Of a stretch of 64,000 nucleotides of DNA, positions 1 through 10,118 are shown piece by piece; position 1 is the stretch's first letter, and the number at the start of each line of letters is the position of its first letter. Both the position numbers and the translations under genes were made by a program. This stretch comes from an uncultured bacterium (GTDB taxonomy: Bacteria; JAGOEH01): assembly GCA_964632485.1 (NCBI GenBank), contig CAZWDO010000001.1, forward strand, positions 186,001-250,000, written 5' to 3'. The notes beneath the pieces were generated by a model. That model was given only the letters and a program-made list of their open reading frames with translations. It ran no database searches and was not told where the DNA came from.

Positions 1-1350
1 AATACAAATATAATTCTCCTGAGCGAATGTTCGAACTTTTAATTGTTTTTTTGGAGAGTGATACATTGAATCCAGCGCATTTTTAATAATATTCAGCAAC
101 CCTTGACTGAAATCGCTATAAATTCCTTCAATTTTCGGTAAGCTCTCGTCCAAAATGAAGATTTTTTCAATTTTATGTTTAAAATTTTGATCAGCTTCTA
201 AAAATTGTAATTCCTGAGTTAAAAGATACGATATATCGATCGGTTGTTTTTTTATATTTTGTTCCTGCCGGCCTTTGTACATCATATTTTTAATGATGTC
301 ATTCATCTTATTAGCTTGGGCGATAATATTTTCAGCTTCTCTTAGATTTGGAATTTTTCTCAGTACCAGCTCAGCCGATCCACGGATCACAGTCAAAGGA
401 TTGCATAAATTATGAGCGATTCCCGATGTCAGCATTCCAATTGATGCCAATTTGGATTGATGTAATAGCTCAATTTCTAGCTCATGCTGTTTTTTTTCCA
501 TTTTTTTTCGCGCGGTAATATCACGCACGATTACCTGAATAGCGGATTTCCCTTTATATTCGATATAGCTTAAACTTGCCTCGATATCGATTTTTCCGCC
601 TGTTTTAGTTAAAGCGATAACTTCGCAGTTAATTGGGAAATTCTCTTTCTGTCTCATCAACAGGCATTGTTTCTGATAAAAAAGTAAACTCTCAGGAGCG
701 ATCAATTGGCTGAAATCAAAATTGTCCCCATAAATATCTTCATCATCATATTTAAAAATCTGCTTCAACTTTGGATTACTGAAAAGAATCTTCGAATCCT
801 GGATCAAGCAAATCCCTTCATTGGACTGTTCAACCAATACTTTATATTTCTCTTCTGATTCTTTAAGTTGTTGATTAAAACGAGTTAACTCCTGGACTTG
901 CTTTTCCAAATGATTCACAAGCTTCTGACTATATTCACGCAAATAAATTGTTTCTTCGGTCTGTTCAACTTTTTCTACCTTTCCCTGGAGAAATTCCTCA
1001 ACCTGGGAAGTAAACATAAAAGGATCGACTGGTTTTGCGATAAAACCATCGCAACCAGCGGTCAAGGCCATTTCTTTATCGCCTCGCATCGTTTTTGCCG
1101 TTAAGGCGACAATGGGAATTCTTTCCATTCCTTTTATACTCTTCATCCGGGTGGCGCACTCCTCTCCGGAAAGCCCCGGGATATTCATATCCATCAATAC
1201 TAAGTCCGGACTTTGCTTATTAGCCAGTTCAAGTCCGGTCAACCCGTCTTCAGCGCCGATCACTTCATAACCATCCCTTTCCAGGAGGGCTTGCACCAAA
1301 CGGAAATTATCCGGATTATCCTCAATATACAAAATTTTTCCTTTAACCAT
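1..1350 (-). CDS. REC-PAS-histidine kinase (3' end runs off window; absent from ORF track)
   Basis: Manual translation from ATG at 1350 (RBS AGGAG upstream): MVKGKILYIEDNPDNFRLV...LVLMDMNIPG...GCDGFIAKP (receiver), then a coiled coil and PAS, an H-box SGIAHNLCNPL and an N-box LLNIIKNALD. Open to position 1. Confidence 0.88.
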   Translation of the reverse strand, partial: MVKGKILYIEDNPDNFRLVQALLERDGYEVIGAEDGLTGLELANKQSPDLVLMDMNIPGLSGEECATRMKSIKGMERIPIVALTAKTMRGDKEMALTAGCDGFIAKPVDPFMFTSQVEEFLQGKVEKVEQTEETIYLREYSQKLVNHLEKQVQELTRFNQQLKESEEKYKVLVEQSNEGICLIQDSKILFSNPKLKQIFKYDDEDIYGDNFDFSQLIAPESLLFYQKQCLLMRQKENFPINCEVIALTKTGGKIDIEASLSYIEYKGKSAIQVIVRDITARKKMEKKQHELEIELLHQSKLASIGMLTSGIAHNLCNPLTVIRGSAELVLRKIPNLREAENIIAQANKMNDIIKNMMYKGRQEQNIKKQPIDISYLLTQELQFLEADQNFKHKIEKIFILDESLPKIEGIYSDFSQGLLNIIKNALDSMYHSPKKQLKVRTFAQENYICI

Positions 1351-1398
1351 AATAACTCCTCAGTGTCCTTCTTTTCCAGTGATACTCATTTTCGATCC

Positions 1399-4077
1399 CT
1401 ATCCGATTAAATGCGTGATCTGTTCAAGAAATTCCTCTTTATTCAATCCATTCTTACTGACAATTTCAACAGCATATTGACTGAGTTGATTCTTTTCAGA
1501 TAAAGACAACTCTTTAGCTGTCAATACAATAACGGGTATATATTCAGTTTTTTTATCCTTTTTCAATTGCGTTACTACTTCAAACCCATCCATTCCCGGC
1601 ATCATGATATCCAGAATAATGGCCTGAGGTTCAAATTCTCTGATCATTTCAATTCCTGATTTACCGTTATAGGCTTTTAAAGTCATATAATTCGCCTGCT
1701 CTAAAATCCGGCTCATCAGGATCACATCATTAATATTATCATCAATGATCACGATGTGCCCTTTGGGAATATGGATCTTTGACAATACACTCAAAAGATC
1801 GTTCCGGCTGATTGGCTTAACGATATAAGCCTCTGCTCCAAGGTTAAAAGCCATGTGCTTATCTTCAATAATGGAACATGCGATTACCGGAATATCTTTC
1901 GTTTGGGATGCCGATTTAATCTGCTTTAACAGCTCCAGTCCATGACTTTGGAAATGGAGGAAATCCAGGATGACTGCCGATGGTTTTATCTCAGAAATTT
2001 TTGTAATGGAAAAATTTTTTTCTGACAATGAATAAATTTCATAATTTTTATCGCTTAAATACTCTTTGTAAATTTTAACAAATGCGGGTTCATCTTCGAT
2101 GATCAAAACCACTTTTTTATTGGGGTTTATAGTTTTTTCGGTTGCCTCATTTCGCTCGGAAGGTAATGTAAAATAAAACGTCGTGCCGATTTCGGGTTGA
2201 CTTTCCAACCAAATCTGCCCACCCATCATTTCAACAAAGCGTTTTGAAATTGCCATTCCCAGTCCGGTACCGCCTTTATTTTTAGCAAGCGCGCTCTCAG
2301 TTTGGCGAAACTCTTCAAACACTTTTGAATAATCTTCTTCTTTAATGCCGCAACCGGTATCTTTCACCCAAATTTTGAGATATTCATCATTTTGGGTTAA
2401 AACAACACCGGAACTGATTGTTCCGGAATCAGTAAATTTGGCCGCGTTGCTAAGAATATTCAATAAAACCTGCCGAGTGCGAAACTCATCGGCACAGGCC
2501 CATACCGCCTTTTGGGAAAGACTCATTTTTAACTCAATATTTTTCCCTTTAATCAAAACACGGCATGTCGACATCGCGCTATTAATCAGATTTGTCAGAT
2601 TAAACGGCTTAATCTCAATTTCCATTTTCCCCGCTTCGATTTTTGAAAGATCCAGAATATCATTGATCAAATTCAGCAAATGTTTTCCATTATTATAGAT
2701 GGTCGTAAGGTCCTGAAGATGGCGATCACTCAAATCCTGATCAGTATTTTGCATCATCAGCCCGGAAAAACCGATAATAGAATTCAGAGGGGTTCTCAAT
2801 TCATGAGACATATTGGTCAGAAAAACCGATTTCATTCGATCTGCCTCTTTAACTTTTTCAATAGAATCGTGAAGTTTTTTATTCACCTGCTGCAGATCAA
2901 TCGTACGTTCATGAACCTTTACTTCCAGTTCTTTATTATAGTTTTCGATTTCATGATTTTTTAATGCAATTTCCTGATTTTTGATTTCCAAATTTTTCGC
3001 CATTTCATTAAACGATTGGGCCAGGAGGCCGAATTCATCATAGCGCTGGATTTGAATCCGGCTGTTCAGATTACCTTCCCCGACCCGCCTGGCGCCATCT
3101 ATCAATTGGGTTAAAGATTGAGTGAATTCGCGGGCGATAAAATAGCCCATGATAAATGTGAGAATGGAAACCAATAAAACACTTAAAATCAATATATATA
3201 AAGAAGCAGTTTTAGCTTTTTTTATCGTTTCGTTTTGTACACCAATAGCGAGCGCCCCTATCGGCTGTCCAATAATATCTAAAAGAGGAGCAGCCGCCAC
3301 TCGATAGGAACGTCCCTGGATTGTTAAGAATTGATAATAATTTTCATTCAATTTAAAAATTTGGTGGAGTTGCAATACATTTAAGGGAATATCGTAAAAG
3401 CGTTGGCCATTTTGATCAAAAAAAGAGGTGGATACAATTTCATTATTCGTAAAAAAAACTACTTCACTTTTTGATGCATCCTTGATTAAATCAGCAAATT
3501 CATTGGATAAGGGATAACTGACAATTACCGCTCCCAACACGTTCAGGGAAATACGATCGATAATCGGAGAGATGGACCGAATTATCAAACAGTTATTGTG
3601 GCTCTCAAGCAGTGTTTGCTTTTTGAATTCCAGTGCATCGTTGATCAAAGCGGATCGATCGGGAGAATAATATTGATCAATTCCTTCGATAACAGCATGA
3701 CTTCGCGCGATAATATCGCCTTGTTGGTCCGCCACTTCAATCAAAGCCATAAACCAATAATCTATTTTAGAATCTAAAAGCTCCTGAAGATTTTTCTTTT
3801 TATTCAGAATATTTTTTACTTCGTCCAATTCAGTTAAAAGGTTGGCAATATTATTGCTTTGCTCCAAATAATTGGCGATGAAATTCTCCGCATCTGAAAG
3901 ACTTCGATCAGTTTGTTCTTCGATCCCCTGTTCGACTTTATCGAAAATCATTCGTGTGGAAATCAGCATGGTTACGATTAAGGGAAATAGTACCATCAAA
4001 GAAAAAATCAGAATCAGTCTGGCGCGGATTTTTAATTGACGAAAAAAAGAAAACATCAAATTCCGCTCCTTATTCAC
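1399..4077 (-). CDS. Membrane hybrid sensor histidine kinase (Cache-like periplasmic domain, HAMP, HisKA, HATPase, two receiver domains)
   Basis: Two TM segments, HAMP (DEFGLLAQSFNEM), H-box MSHELRTPLNSI, N/G boxes (NAAKFT, DTGCGI, GGTGLG) and two C-terminal REC domains. GTG start overlaps the upstream stop. Confidence 0.93.
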   Translation of the reverse strand: MNKERNLMFSFFRQLKIRARLILIFSLMVLFPLIVTMLISTRMIFDKVEQGIEEQTDRSLSDAENFIANYLEQSNNIANLLTELDEVKNILNKKKNLQELLDSKIDYWFMALIEVADQQGDIIARSHAVIEGIDQYYSPDRSALINDALEFKKQTLLESHNNCLIIRSISPIIDRISLNVLGAVIVSYPLSNEFADLIKDASKSEVVFFTNNEIVSTSFFDQNGQRFYDIPLNVLQLHQIFKLNENYYQFLTIQGRSYRVAAAPLLDIIGQPIGALAIGVQNETIKKAKTASLYILILSVLLVSILTFIMGYFIAREFTQSLTQLIDGARRVGEGNLNSRIQIQRYDEFGLLAQSFNEMAKNLEIKNQEIALKNHEIENYNKELEVKVHERTIDLQQVNKKLHDSIEKVKEADRMKSVFLTNMSHELRTPLNSIIGFSGLMMQNTDQDLSDRHLQDLTTIYNNGKHLLNLINDILDLSKIEAGKMEIEIKPFNLTNLINSAMSTCRVLIKGKNIELKMSLSQKAVWACADEFRTRQVLLNILSNAAKFTDSGTISSGVVLTQNDEYLKIWVKDTGCGIKEEDYSKVFEEFRQTESALAKNKGGTGLGMAISKRFVEMMGGQIWLESQPEIGTTFYFTLPSERNEATEKTINPNKKVVLIIEDEPAFVKIYKEYLSDKNYEIYSLSEKNFSITKISEIKPSAVILDFLHFQSHGLELLKQIKSASQTKDIPVIACSIIEDKHMAFNLGAEAYIVKPISRNDLLSVLSKIHIPKGHIVIIDDNINDVILMSRILEQANYMTLKAYNGKSGIEMIREFEPQAIILDIMMPGMDGFEVVTQLKKDKKTEYIPVIVLTAKELSLSEKNQLSQYAVEIVSKNGLNKEEFLEQITHLIG

Positions 4078-5624
4078 TTTTTAAAGTAAACATGTTGGAA
4101 TCTAACCTGGCTGCTGGGACCCGGAACACAATTCCGGATTTTTTCATTTAGAATCCAAACGGATTTTGAATGCCATAACGGAATCCATGGAACATCGCAG
4201 TGGATGATCTCCTGGGCTTGTTTGTAAAGTTTTTCGCGTACAGGAAGAAACTCCGTTTTTCTAGCTTGAGTAAGAATAGCATGTAGCGAATCGTTTGTAT
4301 AAAAGGCCAGATTTTCACCGCCTAAACGGGCATTATCCCGGTCTAAGAGCACATACAGAAAATTATCCGGATCTCCGGTATCCCCTTCCCAGGTCGCAAC
4401 TAATGCTTCATGCTCGCCATTTTGGGCGGTTTCAATTAATTGCTTCCAATCCATGATTTCAATCAGCAGATTAATACCCATCGGCAATAAATTTTCCCGA
4501 ACCAGTTGCATGAACTTTAACTGTTCAAGATTGCCTTGAGGGATCAATACATGAATGTCCAGACCCCGGGGATATCCGGCTTCCCTAAGCAGATCCGCCG
4601 TCTTTGAGGGATCATACGCATAATCGTGAAGCGTATCGTTGAATCCCCACATTTCCTTCGGCAGGGGTGTGGTTGCTACTGTTACACGATCCTGATAGAC
4701 ATATCGGATCAAGCGCTCTTTTTGAAATCCGCTGGCTAACGCCAAACGTACCCGCACATCATCAAATGGATGCCGTTGAGTATTCATGGCCAAATATGTT
4801 ATATCCATAACAGGGGTTTGGATTATTTTTAAACTGGAAAGACCGGTTATTATGCTAAAATTATCAGATTCAGATTCCCGGACAAAATGAAGATTTCCCC
4901 GTTTTAATTCAGCCATTCGCAGGGTATTATCCTCAATAGTCCGGAAAATGACTGTATCCAGGAAAGGTCTTTTATCCCAGTAATTCTCATTAGCAGTAAT
5001 AATAATTCGATCTTCATGAAACCATTTATCGAAAACAAAGGGACCAGTGCCAATGGGATTTTCAAAAAAACTTTCCTGCCACTTTTTAACCGCAGTGGGA
5101 CTGACAATACCGGCTTGATCCAAGGTTAGATTTGAGAGGAACGGAGCGTAAGGTTCATTCAAGCTGATCTCAACGTCATATTCACTCAATGCCCGAATTG
5201 TTTTAATCATGCCAAATAAAGGATCCCATGCTTCGAAATCGCCAAACCGGAATGGAAAACTGGAATCCATTTGACGTTGAAAAGAAAAAAGGACGGCATC
5301 GGCATTAAATCGGGTTCCATCATGAAACAGTACATTCCTCCGCAATTGGAATTGCCAGACTAATCCATCATCGGAAACTTTCCAGGATTCGGCCAAACAG
5401 GGTTCGATATCAAAACTCCCTTCCTTATAACGTACCAGGGTTTCAAAAATATTCACGACTACTTGCGATGAATATAAATCCCATTGATCCCCCGGATCAA
5501 GGCTCAATGCGTCCGTAGCGCTTCCAATAACCAGGCAACCGCCCCGGAGAATCTCCTTATGAGAACACTGCAATAGCATACACAGCAAACCGCAACCCAT
5601 TACAAAAAATCGAATCGGACTCAT
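4074..5624 (-). CDS. ABC-type peptide/nickel-family substrate-binding protein (DppA-like, family 5), probable lipoprotein
   Basis: SLDPG, LAESW, FHDGTRFNADAVLFSF, PIGTGPF and GDTGDPDNF motifs; LLQC lipobox-like signal. Confidence 0.9.
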   Translation of the reverse strand: MSPIRFFVMGCGLLCMLLQCSHKEILRGGCLVIGSATDALSLDPGDQWDLYSSQVVVNIFETLVRYKEGSFDIEPCLAESWKVSDDGLVWQFQLRRNVLFHDGTRFNADAVLFSFQRQMDSSFPFRFGDFEAWDPLFGMIKTIRALSEYDVEISLNEPYAPFLSNLTLDQAGIVSPTAVKKWQESFFENPIGTGPFVFDKWFHEDRIIITANENYWDKRPFLDTVIFRTIEDNTLRMAELKRGNLHFVRESESDNFSIITGLSSLKIIQTPVMDITYLAMNTQRHPFDDVRVRLALASGFQKERLIRYVYQDRVTVATTPLPKEMWGFNDTLHDYAYDPSKTADLLREAGYPRGLDIHVLIPQGNLEQLKFMQLVRENLLPMGINLLIEIMDWKQLIETAQNGEHEALVATWEGDTGDPDNFLYVLLDRDNARLGGENLAFYTNDSLHAILTQARKTEFLPVREKLYKQAQEIIHCDVPWIPLWHSKSVWILNEKIRNCVPGPSSQVRFQHVYFKK

Positions 5625-7195
5625 TGAAAAACCCTGATCTTATAAAAATTGAATGAGTTGAACAGATTCGGCTCAATCTGAAATCCCTGGACGCGTTTGT
5701 TGACAATAAAAATCTCTTTCCGGTGACTGAGCGGAATCCAGGGAATATCCTTATGAAAAAGCTCCTGGGCATCTCGATATAATAAAATCCGTTCCTGTTG
5801 ATTAAAACTTCGTTGGGCTTTGAGTAAAATTCTGTGCATATCTTCACTTTCATAATATGCGCGGTTCATTCCTCCCGGAATGGCATTGTCTTTATCCAAC
5901 AAGGTATAAAAATAATTATCCGGGTCCCCGTTATCGCCGGTCCAGGAGATTAAGACCATGTCGTGTTCAGCATTATTGACTTTAGCCAACAAATCCCGCC
6001 AGCGCAATATATGTATTTCCAATCCGATATTGGCCTCTTTCAGATTACCCTGCAAGGCCAGCGCAATTTCTTTATTATCCGGAATACCCTCTGAAATAAA
6101 AATCGATACCTTAAATCCGCGCTCCAAACCGGCGATTTTGAGTAACGCTTTTGCTTGAACGGGATCATAAGGATAGTCCTCTATTTGTTCATTGTACCCC
6201 CAAATAAGTGGAGGTAACGGTCCTTTAGCCGGGATTGCCGTTTCCTGGTACACCAGTTGAACCAACGGTTTTTTATGGACCAGATAGTTAATAGCCCGGC
6301 GGACAATCACATTATCAAATGGGGGCTTCCGGTTATTTAAGGCAATATAGGAAACCTGAACAGAAGGTTGTTCATATATTACAAAATTTGTGTCACGTCT
6401 GAATTGTATCAAATCATCCGCTTTTGCGTGATATACAATATCCACATTTTTAGCTTTTAATTGGGACATTCGTAACGACTTGTCAGGGATGCACTTATAA
6501 ATTACGGTGGATAAATGCGGAGCGCCGCGCCAATAGCTCTGATTCGCTTTTAATACTATGCGATCATCATTCCATTCCTGAAATTGAAATGCGCCACTGC
6601 CCACGGGGTGTTTAGCAAAATCATACCGCCACTTTTTTACCGCTTCCGGACTAACGATGCTGGCTTGCACCTGGGAAAGATTGGCTAAAAACGGGGCGTA
6701 CGGTTTTGATAAAACAAATTTGACTTCATAGGGACCGATTGCTTCGATTTTTTCAAGAAAATTAAAAAGCGTATGAAAAGCCTTGAATTGGCCAAACCGG
6801 TGGGGATAGTTAATATCCATCTGCCGTTCGAAAGAAAATACCACCGCTTCGGCGTTCAATATACAGCCATCATGGAAACGCACTCCCTGACGCAACTGAA
6901 ATACCCATTCCATACCATCGGAAGACATACTCCAGGATTCAGCCAAAGAGGGTTCGATACCCGTTCCGCCCTCCTTGCTTTTGACTAATGATTCGTATAT
7001 ATTGACAAGTACCTGAGACGAATAGGTATCCCACTGATCACCCGGATCAAGACTGGTGGTTTCCGCGTTTTTGGCAACGATCAATACTTGTTCATTTTTT
7101 TCATCTTTAAAACAATAACAAAAAAAGAAATAATTGAAAGCGACCAGTAAAATAAAACCCGTAAAAATTTTTTTTCCATAATCGTTTAAAATCAT
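5621..7195 (-). CDS. ABC-type peptide-family substrate-binding protein (DppA-like, family 5)
   Basis: SLDPGDQWD, LAESW, FHDG, PVGSGAF and GDNGDPDNY motifs. ATG at 7195 preferred over the TTG at 7243. Confidence 0.9.
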   Translation of the reverse strand: MILNDYGKKIFTGFILLVAFNYFFFCYCFKDEKNEQVLIVAKNAETTSLDPGDQWDTYSSQVLVNIYESLVKSKEGGTGIEPSLAESWSMSSDGMEWVFQLRQGVRFHDGCILNAEAVVFSFERQMDINYPHRFGQFKAFHTLFNFLEKIEAIGPYEVKFVLSKPYAPFLANLSQVQASIVSPEAVKKWRYDFAKHPVGSGAFQFQEWNDDRIVLKANQSYWRGAPHLSTVIYKCIPDKSLRMSQLKAKNVDIVYHAKADDLIQFRRDTNFVIYEQPSVQVSYIALNNRKPPFDNVIVRRAINYLVHKKPLVQLVYQETAIPAKGPLPPLIWGYNEQIEDYPYDPVQAKALLKIAGLERGFKVSIFISEGIPDNKEIALALQGNLKEANIGLEIHILRWRDLLAKVNNAEHDMVLISWTGDNGDPDNYFYTLLDKDNAIPGGMNRAYYESEDMHRILLKAQRSFNQQERILLYRDAQELFHKDIPWIPLSHRKEIFIVNKRVQGFQIEPNLFNSFNFYKIRVFQ

Positions 7196-7270
7196 AGCAT
7201 AAAGTCCGGGATAAAAGTTTATACTAAAACCGATTTCCGGCAATATGAAAATCCCATTTATCTATTATAT

Positions 7271-7299
7271 ATGGTAATACAGTTTTAGCGCAATGTCAA
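7271..7299 (-). promoter_or_regulatory. sigma70-like promoter for the SBP-SBP-kinase operon
   Basis: TTGACA-17nt-TACCAT on the minus strand. Confidence 0.5.
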
Positions 7300-7484
7300 G
7301 TAAAATTAAAAAAAACAGTTCCGCGGAATATTCTGGAATAAGGCCGGATAATTTTGCCTGAAACAGGGTTTCATTTTTTCTTCCGACAAAGCCCGCCCCG
7401 GCAACTCATCAAAAAGCAATTCATATTTTCCAAGTCAGATATTAAAGTATCCGGGTAGAAAACATTTATATTCAGAATTGAAGA

Positions 7485-9056
7485 TTACGGATTATCGCCC
7501 AGATAATGACAGCCGATCGACCGGCGATTGTGCAGCGCTGCTTCCACGATGAGACGCGCGCAAATCACCGCGTTACGCAATTCAATAATTGAACGGGTCA
7601 GTTTGGCTTCGCGGTAAAATTTAAAAATTCGATGCTCATAGAAATTCAGATCCGATAACGCGCGTTCCAATCCCTTACGAGTGCGAACAATCCCGGCATA
7701 GTTCCATAAAGTCAGGCGGATCACTTTTAAATCTTGTTGAATGAGCAGGGGATCAAAATCCTCGCTTCGAGGGGGAGGAGTCCATTCCGGAATAGAATGC
7801 CAGGGGGGTTCCACGAGTTCATCGGGATGGAGCAGAATGTGATCGGCCGATTTACAGGCCCACCACAGGCCTTCCAGCAATGAAGTGGAAGCCAGGCGAT
7901 TCGCGCCGTGCAGCCCGGTGCAGCTAACCTCTCCAATGGCATACAAATTACGGATAGAAGTATAGCCATTCAAATCCGCCTTAACGCCTCCGCAGAAATA
8001 ATGCGCCGCGGGAACAATCGGAATAGGGTCGCGGGTAATATCGATGCCCCCTTGCAGACAGGTCTGGTAAATTTTGGGAAATCGTTCCGGAATCGGCAGA
8101 GTTCCGGTGTAATGACCAGCCAAATCGAGCAGCAAGTATTCAACACCAAGTCGATTCATTTCCGAGAAGATTGCCCGGGTGACCACGTCTCGCGGCGCCA
8201 GATCGCGCATATTCGTATAATTGCCCATAAATTCACGCATATCCGGCGTTTTCAGCCGCGCCCCTTCACCCCGCAGCGATTCTGAAATCAAAAAACGTTT
8301 GATGTCGCGATGAAACAGACACGTGGGATGGAATTGAACCATTTCCGCGTTGATAATAGCGGCGCCCGCGCGCCAGGCCATAGCGATGCCGTCGCCGGTA
8401 GCCAATGAAGGATTGGTGGTATGCAGATAAAGGTCCCCAACACCGCCGGAAGCTAAAACAACATAGCGCGATAAAAGCCGCTCCACTTCCCCACTCCCGT
8501 TATTCAGAGCATAAACTCCCATGACTCTCCGCGGTTTATAGAGTTCCTGACAGTCCCGGGCGTGATGGTTGTTGGTAATTAGATCGACGGCCGTATAATT
8601 AGTGCGAATCTCAATCTGCTGATTTACCGCATAACTATAGAGCTTGTTCATGATTTCCTCACCCGTCCGGTCACTATAATGCAGAATTCGCCGCACAGAA
8701 TGCGCCGCTTCCTCGGTATAATCCAGCGATTGATTTTTGGATCGGCTAAAATTGACGCAGATTTTATTAATCAGAAATTCGAAAACCAAGGCAGGAGCCT
8801 GCCGCGCCAATTCGCGTACCGCATCCAAATTATTGTAATGGTCTCCCGCGGCGAGGATATCTTCCTCAATCAGTTCCGGCGTATCGGATTCGCGCCAGGC
8901 AACAATGCCTCCTTGCGCATAGTAGGAATTCGAAAGGACCGGATCCGATTCCTTGGTGAGGACCATAACTTTGAATCCTTTTTCCCGCAAAAAAATAGCG
9001 CACGAGAGACCGGCGATTCCACTGCCAATGACGATAACGTCATAATCAATGATCAT
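7485..9056 (-). CDS. nadB: L-aspartate oxidase
   Basis: FAD GSGIAG, SYYAQGG, EAAHS, QFHPT, AHYFCGG and GLHGANRLASTSLLE motifs; adjacent to nadA/nadC. Confidence 0.96.
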   Translation of the reverse strand: MIIDYDVIVIGSGIAGLSCAIFLREKGFKVMVLTKESDPVLSNSYYAQGGIVAWRESDTPELIEEDILAAGDHYNNLDAVRELARQAPALVFEFLINKICVNFSRSKNQSLDYTEEAAHSVRRILHYSDRTGEEIMNKLYSYAVNQQIEIRTNYTAVDLITNNHHARDCQELYKPRRVMGVYALNNGSGEVERLLSRYVVLASGGVGDLYLHTTNPSLATGDGIAMAWRAGAAIINAEMVQFHPTCLFHRDIKRFLISESLRGEGARLKTPDMREFMGNYTNMRDLAPRDVVTRAIFSEMNRLGVEYLLLDLAGHYTGTLPIPERFPKIYQTCLQGGIDITRDPIPIVPAAHYFCGGVKADLNGYTSIRNLYAIGEVSCTGLHGANRLASTSLLEGLWWACKSADHILLHPDELVEPPWHSIPEWTPPPRSEDFDPLLIQQDLKVIRLTLWNYAGIVRTRKGLERALSDLNFYEHRIFKFYREAKLTRSIIELRNAVICARLIVEAALHNRRSIGCHYLGDNP

Positions 9057-10095
9057 GGCGCCGACTCCCTTCATGAATCCGGATCATCCGGTCAAGAGCT
9101 TGCGAGGCGGGGAGTTTCAACTCTTCTTCAACGCGAATGACCGGTAACTGATCCAAGCGCCGGTCTCGGATATTCTCCAATACGGGAAGTAGGATGTCCA
9201 AATCTGTTTTGCGCATATCCTCACAAGGGGAATCGGCTAAGGGCAGAATCGTTTTTTCCGGATAAGAGTCTGAAAGACGGCGAACAAAAGTGGATTCGGT
9301 ACCAATTCCCCAGATAGTTCCCGGAGCGCTGGCGGCCACTTTTTTTAATATCAGTTCCGTAGAACCGTTTTCATCGGCTTTCTCAACCACTAAAGGATCG
9401 CATTCAGGATGAACCATGATGCGAATTGTTGGGTATTGACCCCGTAACCGGTCGATATCATCCTCGGCAAATCGTTTATGAACATAGCAGAAACCGTCCC
9501 AGATAAACATTTTGACGGCATGGACCGCAGTTTCGGCTCCCGCCGCAAATTGACGATCAACGATTTGCCATTCCGCGGCAGTAAGCCCCAGGTGGCGAGC
9601 GGTGTTGATGCCCAGATTGCGGTCCGGAAGAAAAAGGACGGAACGGCCTTGCTTTAAAAAGTGGTCAACAACTACCCGTGAGTTGGAAGATGTGCAGATT
9701 GATCCTTCATGATTTCCGGTAAAGGCTTTGAGATCAGCGGAAGAGTTCATGTAACAGACCGGGACCGGGGATTGGGGCAATTGCCGGCTCAAATGAGAAT
9801 AAAGCGCTTCAAGGGGAGCATATTCAGCCATATCGGCCATGGGACAGCCGGCATTCATCGCGGGGAGTAACACGTGCTGGCCGGGACGCGCTAAAATAGC
9901 CGCGCTTTCCGCCATGAAACGCACCCCGCAAAAAACAATGAAATCAGCGGAAGATGCCTGGCAAGCCAAGGCCAATTTATATGAATCGCCCACACTATCG
10001 GCAATATCCACAATCTCTTTACGCTGATAATGATGCGCCGAAATAAACACCTCGCCCCCCATTTTTTGGTTAAGCTGCTGAATCAGGTCGCTCAT
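9046..10095 (-). CDS. nadA: Quinolinate synthase
   Basis: AHHYQ, FCGVRFMAE and three Fe-S cysteines (GCPMA, GFCYVH, PCEDM). ATG at 10095 follows AAGGAG. Confidence 0.95.
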   Translation of the reverse strand: MSDLIQQLNQKMGGEVFISAHHYQRKEIVDIADSVGDSYKLALACQASSADFIVFCGVRFMAESAAILARPGQHVLLPAMNAGCPMADMAEYAPLEALYSHLSRQLPQSPVPVCYMNSSADLKAFTGNHEGSICTSSNSRVVVDHFLKQGRSVLFLPDRNLGINTARHLGLTAAEWQIVDRQFAAGAETAVHAVKMFIWDGFCYVHKRFAEDDIDRLRGQYPTIRIMVHPECDPLVVEKADENGSTELILKKVAASAPGTIWGIGTESTFVRRLSDSYPEKTILPLADSPCEDMRKTDLDILLPVLENIRDRRLDQLPVIRVEEELKLPASQALDRMIRIHEGSRRHDH

Positions 10096-10118
10096 GCATG
10101 ACTCCTTATAATAATAAC

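Noticed and set aside
1-1350. Apparent missing or pseudogenised gene at the left edge
   Set aside because: The frame is open from 1350 to position 1. It is absent from the ORF track only because its stop lies outside the window.
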